Source: Chitinophagaceae bacterium (GTDB lineage: Bacteria; Bacteroidota; Bacteroidia; Chitinophagales; Chitinophagaceae). Taken from it: DNA of 64,000 nucleotides. The position numbers and the translations under genes were made by a program. Under the pieces are notes generated by a model. It had not been told where the DNA came from, made no database searches, and was given only the letters and a program-made list of their open reading frames with translations. The stretch's first letter is position 1. Every line of letters begins with the position of its first letter. This document shows, piece by piece, positions 37,361 to 47,366 of this stretch. The stretch covers positions 41,366-105,365 of the forward strand of contig JAIXWH010000071.1 in assembly GCA_027484165.1 (NCBI GenBank). Reading direction: 5' to 3'.

Positions 37361-38944
37361 ATGCAAACTAAAAAGTTTCTTCTACTTCTGATTCTTACCA
37401 TTACAACAGTTTTGTCAAGTTTCGCGCAACAGCCATCGAGTGGCTATAGTGTTTACGATTCTACAGTAATTACTCGTAAGCGCCAACCCCAACAAAATGA
37501 GTTCTTGAACAACTCTTATAATTTTCCTGCAAAACCTCGTAATATGTGGGAAGTAGGGGTGTCAGGTGGACTTTTTAATGTTTCAGGAGACGTTTCTACA
37601 GTGTTGCCAACATTTGGGTTTTCCGCACATGTAAGAAAGGCAATTGGTTATGTTTTCTCGTTGAGAATGCAGTATTTGTATGGTAACGCTAAAGGCTTAA
37701 ATTGGAAGTCAACCTCATCATTTAAAAATAATGATGCATGGATGAACACTGGTTATGACACTGCAAGATTGATATTCGCTAACTACAAAACTCAAACTCA
37801 GGATTTAAGTTTATTGGGAATATTCTCTATTAATAATATCAGATTTCACAAGAACAGAACCAAATTTGTTGTGTATTTAGGTGCTGGTATAGGTGCAAGT
37901 GCATATCAGACTAAGATAAATGCTTTGAATGAGTCTACAGGTGACAATTATTCAGCTTTATTCAATCAGGTTTACAATAATTACGAAAAGAAGTATTCAA
38001 GTAGAAAAGACATAGTTAATGCCCTAAATGAAGGGATGGATGACACTTATGAAACTGATGCTGAATCAAATATCAACAAGAAGCCTAGAATTGGAAACAG
38101 TACTTTGGTATTCTCTACCACAGTTTTGTGTGGAGTGAGTTACAGATTGGCTAAGAGAATTAATCTATCATTAGAAAATCGTCACACTTTTGTGAAAGAT
38201 GACTTACTTGATGGTCAACAATGGCAAGAACATCCAGGTACAGACCCTGCATTGACTGGGAACTGGGATTCTTACAACTATTTTTCTGTTGGACTTAACT
38301 TTAATTTAGGATCAAAAGCTGTAGAACCATTATGGTGGCTCAATCCTTTGGATTATGTATATGGCGAATTAAATAACCCAAGACATACTAAATTCCCTAA
38401 GCCAGTTTACGAAGATGCTGATGGAGATGGCGTTTTAGATCAATTAGATCGCGAACCAAATACACCTGCAGGTGCTTCGGTTGATACACATGGTGTTGCT
38501 TCAGATAGCGATGGAGATGGAGTTCCTGATTATAAGGATAAGCAATTGATTACACCAACAGAATGTCAACCAGTTGATGCTGATGGAGTTGGAAAGTGCC
38601 CAGAACCAGAATGTTGTAAAAACATGAAGCCAGTTGAAGTAGTAAACCCTTGTCCTTCAGATTATCCAAGCTTAACTTTTGCCGGTTTAAATTCAAAGCT
38701 TACTAAGGACTTAAAGAAAATGGTTTCTTCTGTAGCTGCAAAAATGAAAGAAAATCCAACTTGCAATATCGTAATTAATGGATATCCAGAAGCTTCTAAA
38801 GGTTCTCAAGCTTTATGCCAACAAAGAGTAGATGCTATAAAGGTGCAACTAGTTCAAAAAGAAGGTATTAGCGCCGACAGAATTTCTACGAAATGTGAAG
38901 TTGGAGCTGGTGATTCTAAAACAGTAGATATAAAATCGAACTAA
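37361..38944 (+). CDS. OmpA-family outer-membrane protein (beta-barrel + TSP3-like DxDGDG repeats + OmpA-like C-domain)
   Basis: Signal peptide; barrel ending SVGLNFNLG; DADGDGVLD and DSDGDGVPD repeats; Cys-rich linker; C-terminal INGY...QQRVDAIK...GISADRI. Confidence 0.85.
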   Translation: MQTKKFLLLLILTITTVLSSFAQQPSSGYSVYDSTVITRKRQPQQNEFLNNSYNFPAKPRNMWEVGVSGGLFNVSGDVSTVLPTFGFSAHVRKAIGYVFSLRMQYLYGNAKGLNWKSTSSFKNNDAWMNTGYDTARLIFANYKTQTQDLSLLGIFSINNIRFHKNRTKFVVYLGAGIGASAYQTKINALNESTGDNYSALFNQVYNNYEKKYSSRKDIVNALNEGMDDTYETDAESNINKKPRIGNSTLVFSTTVLCGVSYRLAKRINLSLENRHTFVKDDLLDGQQWQEHPGTDPALTGNWDSYNYFSVGLNFNLGSKAVEPLWWLNPLDYVYGELNNPRHTKFPKPVYEDADGDGVLDQLDREPNTPAGASVDTHGVASDSDGDGVPDYKDKQLITPTECQPVDADGVGKCPEPECCKNMKPVEVVNPCPSDYPSLTFAGLNSKLTKDLKKMVSSVAAKMKENPTCNIVINGYPEASKGSQALCQQRVDAIKVQLVQKEGISADRISTKCEVGAGDSKTVDIKSN

Positions 38945-38962
38945 TATATTAACGTATTCGTT

Positions 38963-38997
38963 AAAAATAAGCCCTCCCACGTGGAGGGCTTATTTTT
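38963..38997 (+). terminator. Intrinsic terminator after the OmpA gene
   Basis: AAAAATAAGCCCTCC-CACGT-GGAGGGCTTATTTTT. Confidence 0.85.
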
Positions 38998-39039
38998 TCT
39001 TAAATTTTAAAAAAATATTCATTAGATTTGCACCTCTTT

Positions 39040-39864
39040 ATGCGATATTTATATATTCTATTGTCAATATTGACTTTTGCTACATCTTCTTGTAACAAAT
39101 TTGGCAAAATTCAAAAAAGCAAAGACTATGAATATAAATTGAGCAAAGCGAATGAGTATTACGATAATAAGAAGTACAAATTTGCACAGCAATTATATGA
39201 AGAATTGTTCCCTATTTTCAAGGGGTCTGACAAATTTGAATCATTGTATTATAAATATGCTTATTGTTTTTATCGTGAAGGAATGTACAGAGAGGCTGAG
39301 AACTTATTTAAAGGATATTTGGAGGTTTTTCCCAATAATACTCATGCAGAGGAATTGGATTTTATGAGAGGTTACTGTTTTTATAAGCAATCTCCTAAAA
39401 TTGAATTAGATCAAACAAATACATTGAAAGCGATGAATATGATGCAGAATTTTATCAGTATTCATCCAGGTTCTGATAAAATTAGAGAAGCTACTGAAAC
39501 TATTGATAAATGCAGAGCAAAATTAGAACAAAAAGATTTTAGATCCTCTCAATTGTATTTTAATGTAGGTGAATACAGGGCTGCAGCAATAGCTTTTTCT
39601 AACTTAATTAATAATTATCCTGAATCAAATTCAGGTGAAAATTATAAGTTAATGGTAGTGAAATCTTATTTTAGGTTCGCAAAAATGAGTATTTCTTCAA
39701 AACAGGAAGAACGATATATAAAAGTGATTTCAGAATACGAGGATTTTGTGGATCGTTACCCTGAAAGTAAATTATTGAAAGTTGCAGAAACTTATAGAAA
39801 CCAAAGTCAAAATCAAATTAAATTAATACAAAATGAGCAAACTTCGTCGTCAACTAAGCGCTAA
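39040..39864 (+). CDS. bamD: Outer-membrane protein assembly factor BamD
   Basis: Lipobox TSS-C; TPRs; YKQSPKIELDQTNT, FISIHPGS, YRAAAIAF, FVDRYPES. Start ATG 39040, after the -7 box TAGATTTG (39023-39030). Confidence 0.9.
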   Translation: MRYLYILLSILTFATSSCNKFGKIQKSKDYEYKLSKANEYYDNKKYKFAQQLYEELFPIFKGSDKFESLYYKYAYCFYREGMYREAENLFKGYLEVFPNNTHAEELDFMRGYCFYKQSPKIELDQTNTLKAMNMMQNFISIHPGSDKIREATETIDKCRAKLEQKDFRSSQLYFNVGEYRAAAIAFSNLINNYPESNSGENYKLMVVKSYFRFAKMSISSKQEERYIKVISEYEDFVDRYPESKLLKVAETYRNQSQNQIKLIQNEQTSSSTKR

Positions 39865-40174
39865 TACAAGTAGTTCAGTTGAACCCAAAAAATTGGCTGA
39901 TTTGAAAGAGAAATCTGGAAACCTTTATGAATCTATTGCCGTAATAGCAAAAAGAGCTAATCAAATCAATATCACGATAAAAGAAGAGTTACATAACAAA
40001 TTAGAAGAGTTTGCTAGTCATACCGATAGTCTTGAAGAAATTCACGAAAATAAAGAACAAATTGAAATTTCTAGAGCATATGAAAGAATGCCAAACCCAT
40101 CTCTATTGGCTACAACTGAATTTTTAGAAGATAAAGTATATTTCCGCAGAAACGAGGAGAATTTATTTAGCTAG
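39833..40174 (+). CDS. rpoZ: DNA-directed RNA polymerase subunit omega
   Basis: GNLYESIAVIAKRANQI, ENKEQIEISRAYERMPNP: Bacteroidota omega pattern in the usual bamD-rpoZ-coaBC context. Confidence 0.9.
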   Translation: MSKLRRQLSANTSSSVEPKKLADLKEKSGNLYESIAVIAKRANQINITIKEELHNKLEEFASHTDSLEEIHENKEQIEISRAYERMPNPSLLATTEFLEDKVYFRRNEENLFS

Positions 40175-40234
40175 TTTTTATACTTTGAATTAAATAGAAG
40201 TTATAAATTTAACCCCGCAATAGCGGGGTATTTT

Positions 40235-41416
40235 ATGTTAAAAGGAAAAAAAATATTATTAGGCATCACCGCAAGTATCGCAGCTTATAAGTCTGCGGTA
40301 TTAGTAAGATTATTGAAGAAAGCAGGAGCAGATGTGAAAGTAATCATGACTCCTTCTACAAGAGATTTTATTGCTCCACTCACATTATCCACTCTATCTA
40401 AAAATCCAGTTCACATTGATTTGTTTGACAATGACACCTGGGCTAATCATGTTATGCTTGGAAGGTGGGCAGACCTCATGGTGATTGCACCATTGAGTTG
40501 TAATAGTTTATCAAAAATGGCTAATGGAATATGTGATAACATGTTGTTGGCTGTTTACTTGTCAGCAACATGTCCTGTAGTTGTTGCTCCTGCAATGGAT
40601 GAGGATATGTGGTGTCACCCTTCAACGCAAAATAATTTAAATAAGATTCAGTCATACGGTAATTTTATTATTCCAGTAGATAATGGAGAATTGGCTAGCG
40701 GTCTTGTTGGTCCGGGAAGAATGGCTGAACCTGAAAATATTTTAAAATGGCTTGAATGCTATTTCAATAAATCTCAGGATTTAAAAGGTAAGAAAGTAAT
40801 CATCACAGCAGGTCCAACACAAGAATCAATTGACCCGGTAAGATTTATTAGTAATCATTCTTCGGGTAAAATGGGGATTGCATTGGCTGAAGAATGTTTG
40901 AAAAGAGGAGCAGAAGTGACTATGATTTGTGGGCCAATATCTAGTGTGATTGACAAGAAAATCAAAATAATAAAAATTAAATCAGCTGCAGAGATGTTTG
41001 ATAGCTGTATTCAAGAATTCAAGAATGCAGACATTGCAATTCTCAGTGCAGCGGTTGCTGATTATACAGTTGAAAGTCCATCAATAAAGAAAATAAAAAA
41101 ATCAGAACAGGAACTTGTTTTGAAACTTTCAAAAACTAAAGATATTTTAAAGAGATTAGGTGAAATGAAAAGTTCGAATCAACTAGTGGTTGGATTTGCT
41201 TTGGAAACTGATCATGAAAAAGAAAATGCCCTATTGAAATTAAAGTCAAAAAATGCCGATTTCATTGTGCTTAATTCTTTGAATGAGGAAGGTGTTGGAT
41301 TTGGACTTGACACTAACAAAATTACTATTTTTGACAAAACAGGAAAAGAGTACCCCTTCAATACTAAATCAAAAAATGAAGTTGCTGTTGATATTATTAA
41401 TACTATAATTAATTAA
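40235..41416 (+). CDS. coaBC: Bifunctional phosphopantothenoylcysteine decarboxylase/ligase
   Basis: GITASIAAYK, HVMLGRWAD, APAMDEDM, GPGRMAEP, TAGPTQESIDPVRFISNHSSGKMG, VGFALET. Confidence 0.97.
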   Translation: MLKGKKILLGITASIAAYKSAVLVRLLKKAGADVKVIMTPSTRDFIAPLTLSTLSKNPVHIDLFDNDTWANHVMLGRWADLMVIAPLSCNSLSKMANGICDNMLLAVYLSATCPVVVAPAMDEDMWCHPSTQNNLNKIQSYGNFIIPVDNGELASGLVGPGRMAEPENILKWLECYFNKSQDLKGKKVIITAGPTQESIDPVRFISNHSSGKMGIALAEECLKRGAEVTMICGPISSVIDKKIKIIKIKSAAEMFDSCIQEFKNADIAILSAAVADYTVESPSIKKIKKSEQELVLKLSKTKDILKRLGEMKSSNQLVVGFALETDHEKENALLKLKSKNADFIVLNSLNEEGVGFGLDTNKITIFDKTGKEYPFNTKSKNEVAVDIINTIIN

Positions 41417-41420
41417 AAAT

Positions 41421-42338
41421 ATGCGTAAAATAATTTTAACGGTATTGTTTTCTTTTTTTTGTGTGATCGTTTTTTCACAAGAGCTTAAAGCAACTATTAA
41501 TTTAGTAACTAATCAAGTAGGAAATAATGTTAACAGAAATACATTTCAAACTTTGAAGACATCACTTGTCAATTTTTTAAATAACAGGAAATGGAGTTCG
41601 GAAACTTACGCACAGAATGAAAGAATAGAGTGTACTTTTTTATTAACTATTGAGTCTACAGAGGAAATTAATGTTTATTCTGCATCGCTCACTATCCAGT
41701 CTGCACGGCCCGTTTATAATTCATCATATCTTTCTCCAATTATTAATTATAAAGATGACAAGATAAAATTCAAGTATCAGGAATTTCAACAACTCGATTT
41801 TAATGAAAACAGGGTAGCAGGAAACGATGCATTGACTTCAAATCTTACTGCTGTTTTTGCATATTATGCATATATGATTATTGGCTTTGACGCTTCATCT
41901 TTTTCAAAAAATGGAGGTGATATTTACTTTCAAAAAGCACAAAACATCGTAAACAATGCTCCAGATGGAAATGATATTTCGGGTTGGAGAGCTTTTGATG
42001 GTGTGAGAAACAGATATTGGCTTGTTGAAAATGTATTAAATTCAAGGTATTCAGTTTTTAATGAGATTTACTATAATTATTACAGAATGGTTTTGGATAA
42101 AATGTACGAAGACGAAAAGGCTGGAAGACAAGAATTGATAAAGGTTTTGGAACAAATTGGAACTTTTAATACAGACAATCCCAACACCATGATTAATCAG
42201 TTTTTCTTTCAAGGCAAATCAAACGAAATTGTAAAAATACTTTCTAAAGCAACTCCACCAGAAAAAGCAAGATGCATAGAAATTTTATCTAAAGTTGATG
42301 TCACTAATTTGAGGAAATATAAAGACGAATTAAAATGA
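41421..42338 (+). CDS. porD: DUF4835 family protein (T9SS PorD-like)
   Basis: QELKATINL, FLNNRKW, IQSARPVYNSSY, NLTAVFAYYAY, NRYWLVE; located after coaBC. Confidence 0.82.
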   Translation: MRKIILTVLFSFFCVIVFSQELKATINLVTNQVGNNVNRNTFQTLKTSLVNFLNNRKWSSETYAQNERIECTFLLTIESTEEINVYSASLTIQSARPVYNSSYLSPIINYKDDKIKFKYQEFQQLDFNENRVAGNDALTSNLTAVFAYYAYMIIGFDASSFSKNGGDIYFQKAQNIVNNAPDGNDISGWRAFDGVRNRYWLVENVLNSRYSVFNEIYYNYYRMVLDKMYEDEKAGRQELIKVLEQIGTFNTDNPNTMINQFFFQGKSNEIVKILSKATPPEKARCIEILSKVDVTNLRKYKDELK

Positions 42339-42703
42339 GATTGACTATTTTACTTTTATTTGTGATTTTGTTTTTATCATGCAGAGAAAACAATCAGAAG
42401 ACTGAAGATATCATTTCCTCTGTAAAAATGGAGCCTATTTTCATTGATTATATTAATGCCGAAGCCTATGCCAAAGAGCTATGCAGAATGGACAGCTCTA
42501 AAAATGACACCATCGAAAGTATCAGGTTGCAAAATCAGGTTTTTAAAAAGCATAAAATCACTAGATCTGTATTTTACAAAAATTTCGATTATTATAACAA
42601 TCATCCTGAGTTGATGATGGGTTTATTAGACAGTATCATAGCTCATCATTCCAAGAATGAAAAAGAAATCCGCAAACGTTTATTTTTTAAAGATTATGAA
42701 TAA
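42335..42703 (+). CDS. DUF4296-like small lipoprotein
   Basis: Lipobox FLS-C; MEPIFIDYINAEA, VFKKHKITRSVFYKNFDYYNNHPE. Confidence 0.72.
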   Translation: MRLTILLLFVILFLSCRENNQKTEDIISSVKMEPIFIDYINAEAYAKELCRMDSSKNDTIESIRLQNQVFKKHKITRSVFYKNFDYYNNHPELMMGLLDSIIAHHSKNEKEIRKRLFFKDYE

Positions 42704-43388
42704 GATATTTAAAAATGCAAAAGAAGCTACAGCTGATATTAAAGAAGGTGTTACCATCATGTTTGGAGGTTTTGGATTGTGTGGTATTCCTGAAAATTGC
42801 ATTGCGTCTTTAGTAGAGATGAAGGTTTCAAATTTAACCTGTATATCAAATAATGCTGGAGTTGATGATTTTGGAATTGGTTTGATGTTGCACCAAAAGC
42901 AGGTTAAAAAAATGATTTCTTCTTATGTGGGTGAAAATGCAGAATTTGAAAGACAGCTTTTGAGTGGAGAATTGGAAGTCGAATTGATTCCGCAGGGAAC
43001 ACTTGCAACCCGATGTATGGCTGCAGGTTACGGATTGCCTGCAATATATACACCTGCAGGAGTTGGTACAGAAGTAGCCAATGGCAAAGAGATTAGAAGT
43101 TTTAATGGGAAAGATTATTTGTTGGAAATGGCATTTGATGCTGATTTTGCTTTGGTTAAAGCATGGAAAGGTGACACCCTGGGTAATTTGATTTTTAAAG
43201 GTACTGCAAGAAACTTCAATCCTTTAATGGCAATGGCTGGCAAAATAACAATCGCAGAAGTTGAAGAATTGTTACCTGCCGGAGAATTAGATCCTAATGA
43301 AATACACACTCCAGGTATTTATGTGAATAGAATTTTTAAGGGAGAAAACTATGAGAAAAGAATTGAAAACTTGACATTAAGTAAGTAA
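42696..43388 (+). CDS. scoA: 3-oxoacid CoA-transferase subunit A
   Basis: GGFGLCGIPE, ISNNAG, SSYVGEN, PQGTLA, ARNFNP, IHTPGIYV. Start ATG 42696. Confidence 0.93.
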   Translation: MNKIFKNAKEATADIKEGVTIMFGGFGLCGIPENCIASLVEMKVSNLTCISNNAGVDDFGIGLMLHQKQVKKMISSYVGENAEFERQLLSGELEVELIPQGTLATRCMAAGYGLPAIYTPAGVGTEVANGKEIRSFNGKDYLLEMAFDADFALVKAWKGDTLGNLIFKGTARNFNPLMAMAGKITIAEVEELLPAGELDPNEIHTPGIYVNRIFKGENYEKRIENLTLSK

Positions 43389-43398
43389 AACAATCACC

Positions 43399-44055
43399 AT
43401 GGCACTTGATAAATTTCAAATAGCTAAAAGAATAGCAAAAGAATTGAAAGACGGATATTATGTTAATCTTGGAATTGGGATTCCAACTTTAGTAGCCAAC
43501 TATATTCCTGAAGGAATGAATGTTGTGTTGCAAAGTGAAAATGGATTATTGGGGATGGGACCTTTTCCTAAAGAAGGAATGCAGGATCCTGATTTAATCA
43601 ATGCCGGCAAACAAACGATTACCACATTGCCAGGTTCCGTTTTTTTTGATAGTGCCATGAGTTTTGGGATGATTAGATCAGGCAAAGTTAATTTGACTGT
43701 TTTGGGTGCGATGGAGGTGAGTGAAAAAGGAGATATTGCGAATTGGAAAATTCCAGGGAAAATGGTAAAAGGGATGGGGGGTGCAATGGATTTGGTAGCC
43801 AGTGCAAAAAATATTATTGTTGCCATGATGCATACCAATCCCAAAGGAGAGAGTAAATTATTAACTCAATGTGCTTTGCCATTAACAGGGGTGAGTTGTG
43901 TAAAAAAGATTGTAAGCGATCTTGCTGTTTTAGATGTAACTGAAAAAGGATTCAAATTATTGGAGCGTGCACCTGGCGTTACTGTTGATGAAATTATTAG
44001 TAAAACTCAGGGGAATTTAATTGTTGAAGGAGAAATCCCTGAAATGATTTTATAA
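43399..44055 (+). CDS. scoB: 3-oxoacid CoA-transferase subunit B
   Basis: VNLGIGIPT, QSENG (catalytic Glu), NAGKQT, GMGGAMDL. Confidence 0.94.
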   Translation: MALDKFQIAKRIAKELKDGYYVNLGIGIPTLVANYIPEGMNVVLQSENGLLGMGPFPKEGMQDPDLINAGKQTITTLPGSVFFDSAMSFGMIRSGKVNLTVLGAMEVSEKGDIANWKIPGKMVKGMGGAMDLVASAKNIIVAMMHTNPKGESKLLTQCALPLTGVSCVKKIVSDLAVLDVTEKGFKLLERAPGVTVDEIISKTQGNLIVEGEIPEMIL

Positions 44056-44056
44056 A

Positions 44057-44087
44057 AAAAGTCTGCATATACAACAAGCAGACTTTT
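44057..44087. terminator. Bidirectional terminator between scoB and pckA
   Basis: AAAAGTCTGC-N11-GCAGACTTTT. Confidence 0.75.
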
Positions 44088-44111
44088 ATAAAAAACAACA
44101 AGCCTTTATTA

Positions 44112-45716
44112 TTATAATTTAGGAGCTGCATCTAGCGTTTCTTGATTCACACCATTTGCATATTTTTCAAAATTCTTCACAAATTGTTTAGCTAATTCAG
44201 AAGCTTTGATATCATAAGCACTTTTATCTGTCCATGTATTTCTTGGATTTAATATTTCCGAAGGAACATCGGGGCAAGATTTTGGCATCAACATTCCAAA
44301 TACTGGGTGAGCTTCGTACTCGACATCGTTTAATTTCCCCTCGAGTGCAGCAGTAATCATGGCTCTTGTGTATGATAATTTCATACGATGTCCAATTCCA
44401 TATGGACCGCCACTCCAGCCCGTATTGATCATCCATACATTAACGCTATGTTCTTTCATTTTTTTACCTAACATTTCTGCATAAAATCCAGGATGAAGCG
44501 GCATAAATGGTGCTCCAAAGCATGCGCTGAAAGTAGATTTAGGTTCAGTAACACCAGCCTCAGTTCCTGCAACTTTTGCGGTGTAGCCACTGATGAATTG
44601 ATACATGGCTTGTCCAGCGTTTAACTTGCTTACAGGAGGCAATATTCCATATGCATCTGCAGTAAGAAAGAAAATATTTTTTGGTAATTTTCCTATAGAG
44701 GGTTCGATTGCATTACTAATGTAATTCAAAGGGTAACTTACTCTTGTGTTTTCAGTGATCTCTTTGCTTGAAAAATCAATAAGGTTGGTTCCTGGGAAGA
44801 AGGTTATATTTTCAACCAATGCTCCGGGTTTGATTGCATGATAAATTTCAGGTTCTTTCTCTTCGCTTAAATCAATGGTTTTTGCGTAACAACCTCCTTC
44901 AAAATTGAAAACAGAATTTTCGGTCCATCCATGTTCATCGTCACCTATAAGAATTCTGTTAGGGTCGGCGCTCAATGTGGTTTTACCTGTTCCGCTCAAA
45001 CCAAAGAAAATGGCAGTGTCTCCAGCCTTACCGATATTAGCTGAACAATGCATGCTTAATACATTTTTGTCCATCGGTAAGATGTAATTCAAAATGGTAA
45101 AGATGCCCTTTTTCATCTCTCCTGTATATCCTGTTCCGCCAATTAAAATTACTTTCTTGGTGAAGTTCACCATTGCGAAATTATGCTGACGGGTACCATC
45201 GGTTTTGGGATCTGCGTGAAAGCTGGGAGCTTGAATAATGTGCCAATCAGCTTTAAATTCATCAAGTTCATTGTCCTCTGGTTTGATAAACATGTTAAAA
45301 GCAAACAAGTTGCTCCATGGATTTTCATTTATCACTCTAATGCGTAAACGATAATTTTTATCTGCACAAGCATATGCATCTCTTACCCATATCTCCTTTT
45401 CTGATAAATGCTTCATCATTTTTTCATAAACAAGATCAAAATAAGAGGAGTCAATAGGGATATTAAAATCATTCCAATTCACTGTATTTTCAGTAATTGA
45501 ATCCTTAACAATAAATTTATCTTTTGGGCTTCTGCCTGTGAATTCTCCTGTCTTTATGATAAGAGCGCCAGTATTATTAAGTTCACCTTCTTTTCTGATT
45601 AAAGTTTGGTTGGTTAATTCTTCGGGAGTATTTTGATAATGAATCTCTTTTGTAGTGTTTATACCGATTTTAGACAATGCTGAAACCGGAGCTTCTGGGA
45701 TTGTAATTGTTGACAT
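44112..45716 (-). CDS. pckA: Phosphoenolpyruvate carboxykinase (ATP)
   Basis: TGRSPKDK, YTGEMKKG, SMHCSAN, FFGLSGTGKTTLS, IGDDEHGW, FEGGCYAK, ENTRVSYP. Start ATG 45716, after the variant box TACTTTCG (45736-45743). Confidence 0.98.
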   Translation of the reverse strand: MSTITIPEAPVSALSKIGINTTKEIHYQNTPEELTNQTLIRKEGELNNTGALIIKTGEFTGRSPKDKFIVKDSITENTVNWNDFNIPIDSSYFDLVYEKMMKHLSEKEIWVRDAYACADKNYRLRIRVINENPWSNLFAFNMFIKPEDNELDEFKADWHIIQAPSFHADPKTDGTRQHNFAMVNFTKKVILIGGTGYTGEMKKGIFTILNYILPMDKNVLSMHCSANIGKAGDTAIFFGLSGTGKTTLSADPNRILIGDDEHGWTENSVFNFEGGCYAKTIDLSEEKEPEIYHAIKPGALVENITFFPGTNLIDFSSKEITENTRVSYPLNYISNAIEPSIGKLPKNIFFLTADAYGILPPVSKLNAGQAMYQFISGYTAKVAGTEAGVTEPKSTFSACFGAPFMPLHPGFYAEMLGKKMKEHSVNVWMINTGWSGGPYGIGHRMKLSYTRAMITAALEGKLNDVEYEAHPVFGMLMPKSCPDVPSEILNPRNTWTDKSAYDIKASELAKQFVKNFEKYANGVNQETLDAAPKL

Positions 45717-46008
45717 GGCAATCGTTTTATTTTGACGAAAGTACGGCATCGATTTCGTAAATAAAATTCATTAAAATTGATTCAAATTGAAATATATCTA
45801 AAATGATGTTAAATAATTTGACTATAATTAAAAAATATCAATTTTTGCTTATCGCCTTTTTATTAAAATGAATGGAATATTGAACACAGATTATTTCTTA
45901 AAAAATTATCCACTTTTCTGTAATCAATTTTCAATGTATGATTATGGTGTATATTGTAAAATAATTGTGATCATACGAATCATTGATAGTATCATAAAAG
46001 CAATAAAA

Positions 46009-47301
46009 ATGAAATATCCAACTTTAAAAAATGAAATCTTTGTCACTAATCGCAGAAGATTTGTAGAAAAAATGACCTCTCATTCCCTTGCAATATTTAA
46101 CAGTAATGATGAATTGCCGGCGAATGGAGATCAGCTTCATACTTTTAAACAAAATGCAGATTTAATATGGCTTACTGGTATTGAACAGGAAGATTCAATG
46201 CTTATTTTGTTTCCAGATAATCCAGATCCAAAATACAGAGAGGTATTGGTTTTGGTTAGGCCCAACGAAATGAAGGAAAAATGGGATGGGTATAGATTAA
46301 GAAAACAACAGGCTCATGAGATTTCAGGTATTGAAACAATTATTTGGTTGGATATGCTTGATGGAATGTTGCAGCCATGGGTTCATTTAGCAGATACGAT
46401 TTATCTCAATACAAATGAAAATGACAGGAAATCTAATGTACTTGAAGTCAGAGATTATCGATATGCAAAAATGATGCGTGAACGCTATCCTTTACATCGT
46501 TTTGAAAGAAGTGCTAAAATATTGAAAGAATTAAGGTCTATCAAAACTCCAATGGAAATAGAAGTGATGCAAAAAGCCATTGATATTACCGATCAAACCT
46601 TCAGAAGATTGTTGAAATTCATAAAGCCAGGAGTTATGGAGTATGAAATCGAAGCCGAAATATGGCATTCTTTTTTATCTCAAAGGGCAACCCGTCCGGC
46701 ATACGGATCAATCATTGCAAGTGGAGACAATGCAAGAGTTTTACATTATGTTGAAAACAACAAAGAATGTAAAGACGGAGATCTGATACTCATGGATTTT
46801 GGAGCAGAATATGGTAATTATTGTGCAGATCTGACACGAACTATTCCTGTTAATGGTAAGTTTACACGTCGTCAAAAAACTGTGTATAATGCCTGTTTGC
46901 ATTTGCATCAATATGCTGCAAGTATCCTGAAACCGGGAATCAGTATTATTGATTACACTGCTAAAGTAGGGGATGAGGCCACTGTTGTGTTTCAGAAAAT
47001 TGGTTTATTGCGCAAGTCTGATATTAAAAACGAAGACCCTAACAATAGAGCCTACACGAAATATTTATATCATGGCATTTCACATCACTTAGGAATTGAT
47101 GTTCATGATTTGGGAACCAGGATTTCTCCAATAAAAGCGGGAATGGTATTTACAATTGAGCCCGGAATCTATATTCAGGAAGAACAGATGGGAATCAGAA
47201 TTGAAAATAATTTCTGGATTACAAAGACAGGTAATAAGGATCTGATGAAGAATATTCCAATCACTGTTGAGGATATTGAGGCGTTTATGAAGAACAAATA
47301 A
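46009..47301 (+). CDS. pepP: Xaa-Pro aminopeptidase (M24B)
   Basis: LHYVEN, LILMDFGAEY...ADLTRT, HGISHHLGIDVHD, TIEPGIY, GIRIEN. Start ATG 46009. Confidence 0.9.
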   Translation: MKYPTLKNEIFVTNRRRFVEKMTSHSLAIFNSNDELPANGDQLHTFKQNADLIWLTGIEQEDSMLILFPDNPDPKYREVLVLVRPNEMKEKWDGYRLRKQQAHEISGIETIIWLDMLDGMLQPWVHLADTIYLNTNENDRKSNVLEVRDYRYAKMMRERYPLHRFERSAKILKELRSIKTPMEIEVMQKAIDITDQTFRRLLKFIKPGVMEYEIEAEIWHSFLSQRATRPAYGSIIASGDNARVLHYVENNKECKDGDLILMDFGAEYGNYCADLTRTIPVNGKFTRRQKTVYNACLHLHQYAASILKPGISIIDYTAKVGDEATVVFQKIGLLRKSDIKNEDPNNRAYTKYLYHGISHHLGIDVHDLGTRISPIKAGMVFTIEPGIYIQEEQMGIRIENNFWITKTGNKDLMKNIPITVEDIEAFMKNK

Positions 47302-47366
47302 TGCAATGTTGTATTTCATCTAATAATTGGAATTAAATTTTTAACTGCTGAGAACCCTTAATATAA

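Noticed and set aside
45906-45914. TTATCCACT, a near-match to the DnaA box
   Set aside because: Single imperfect copy with no box cluster or DUE, so there is no support for an origin.
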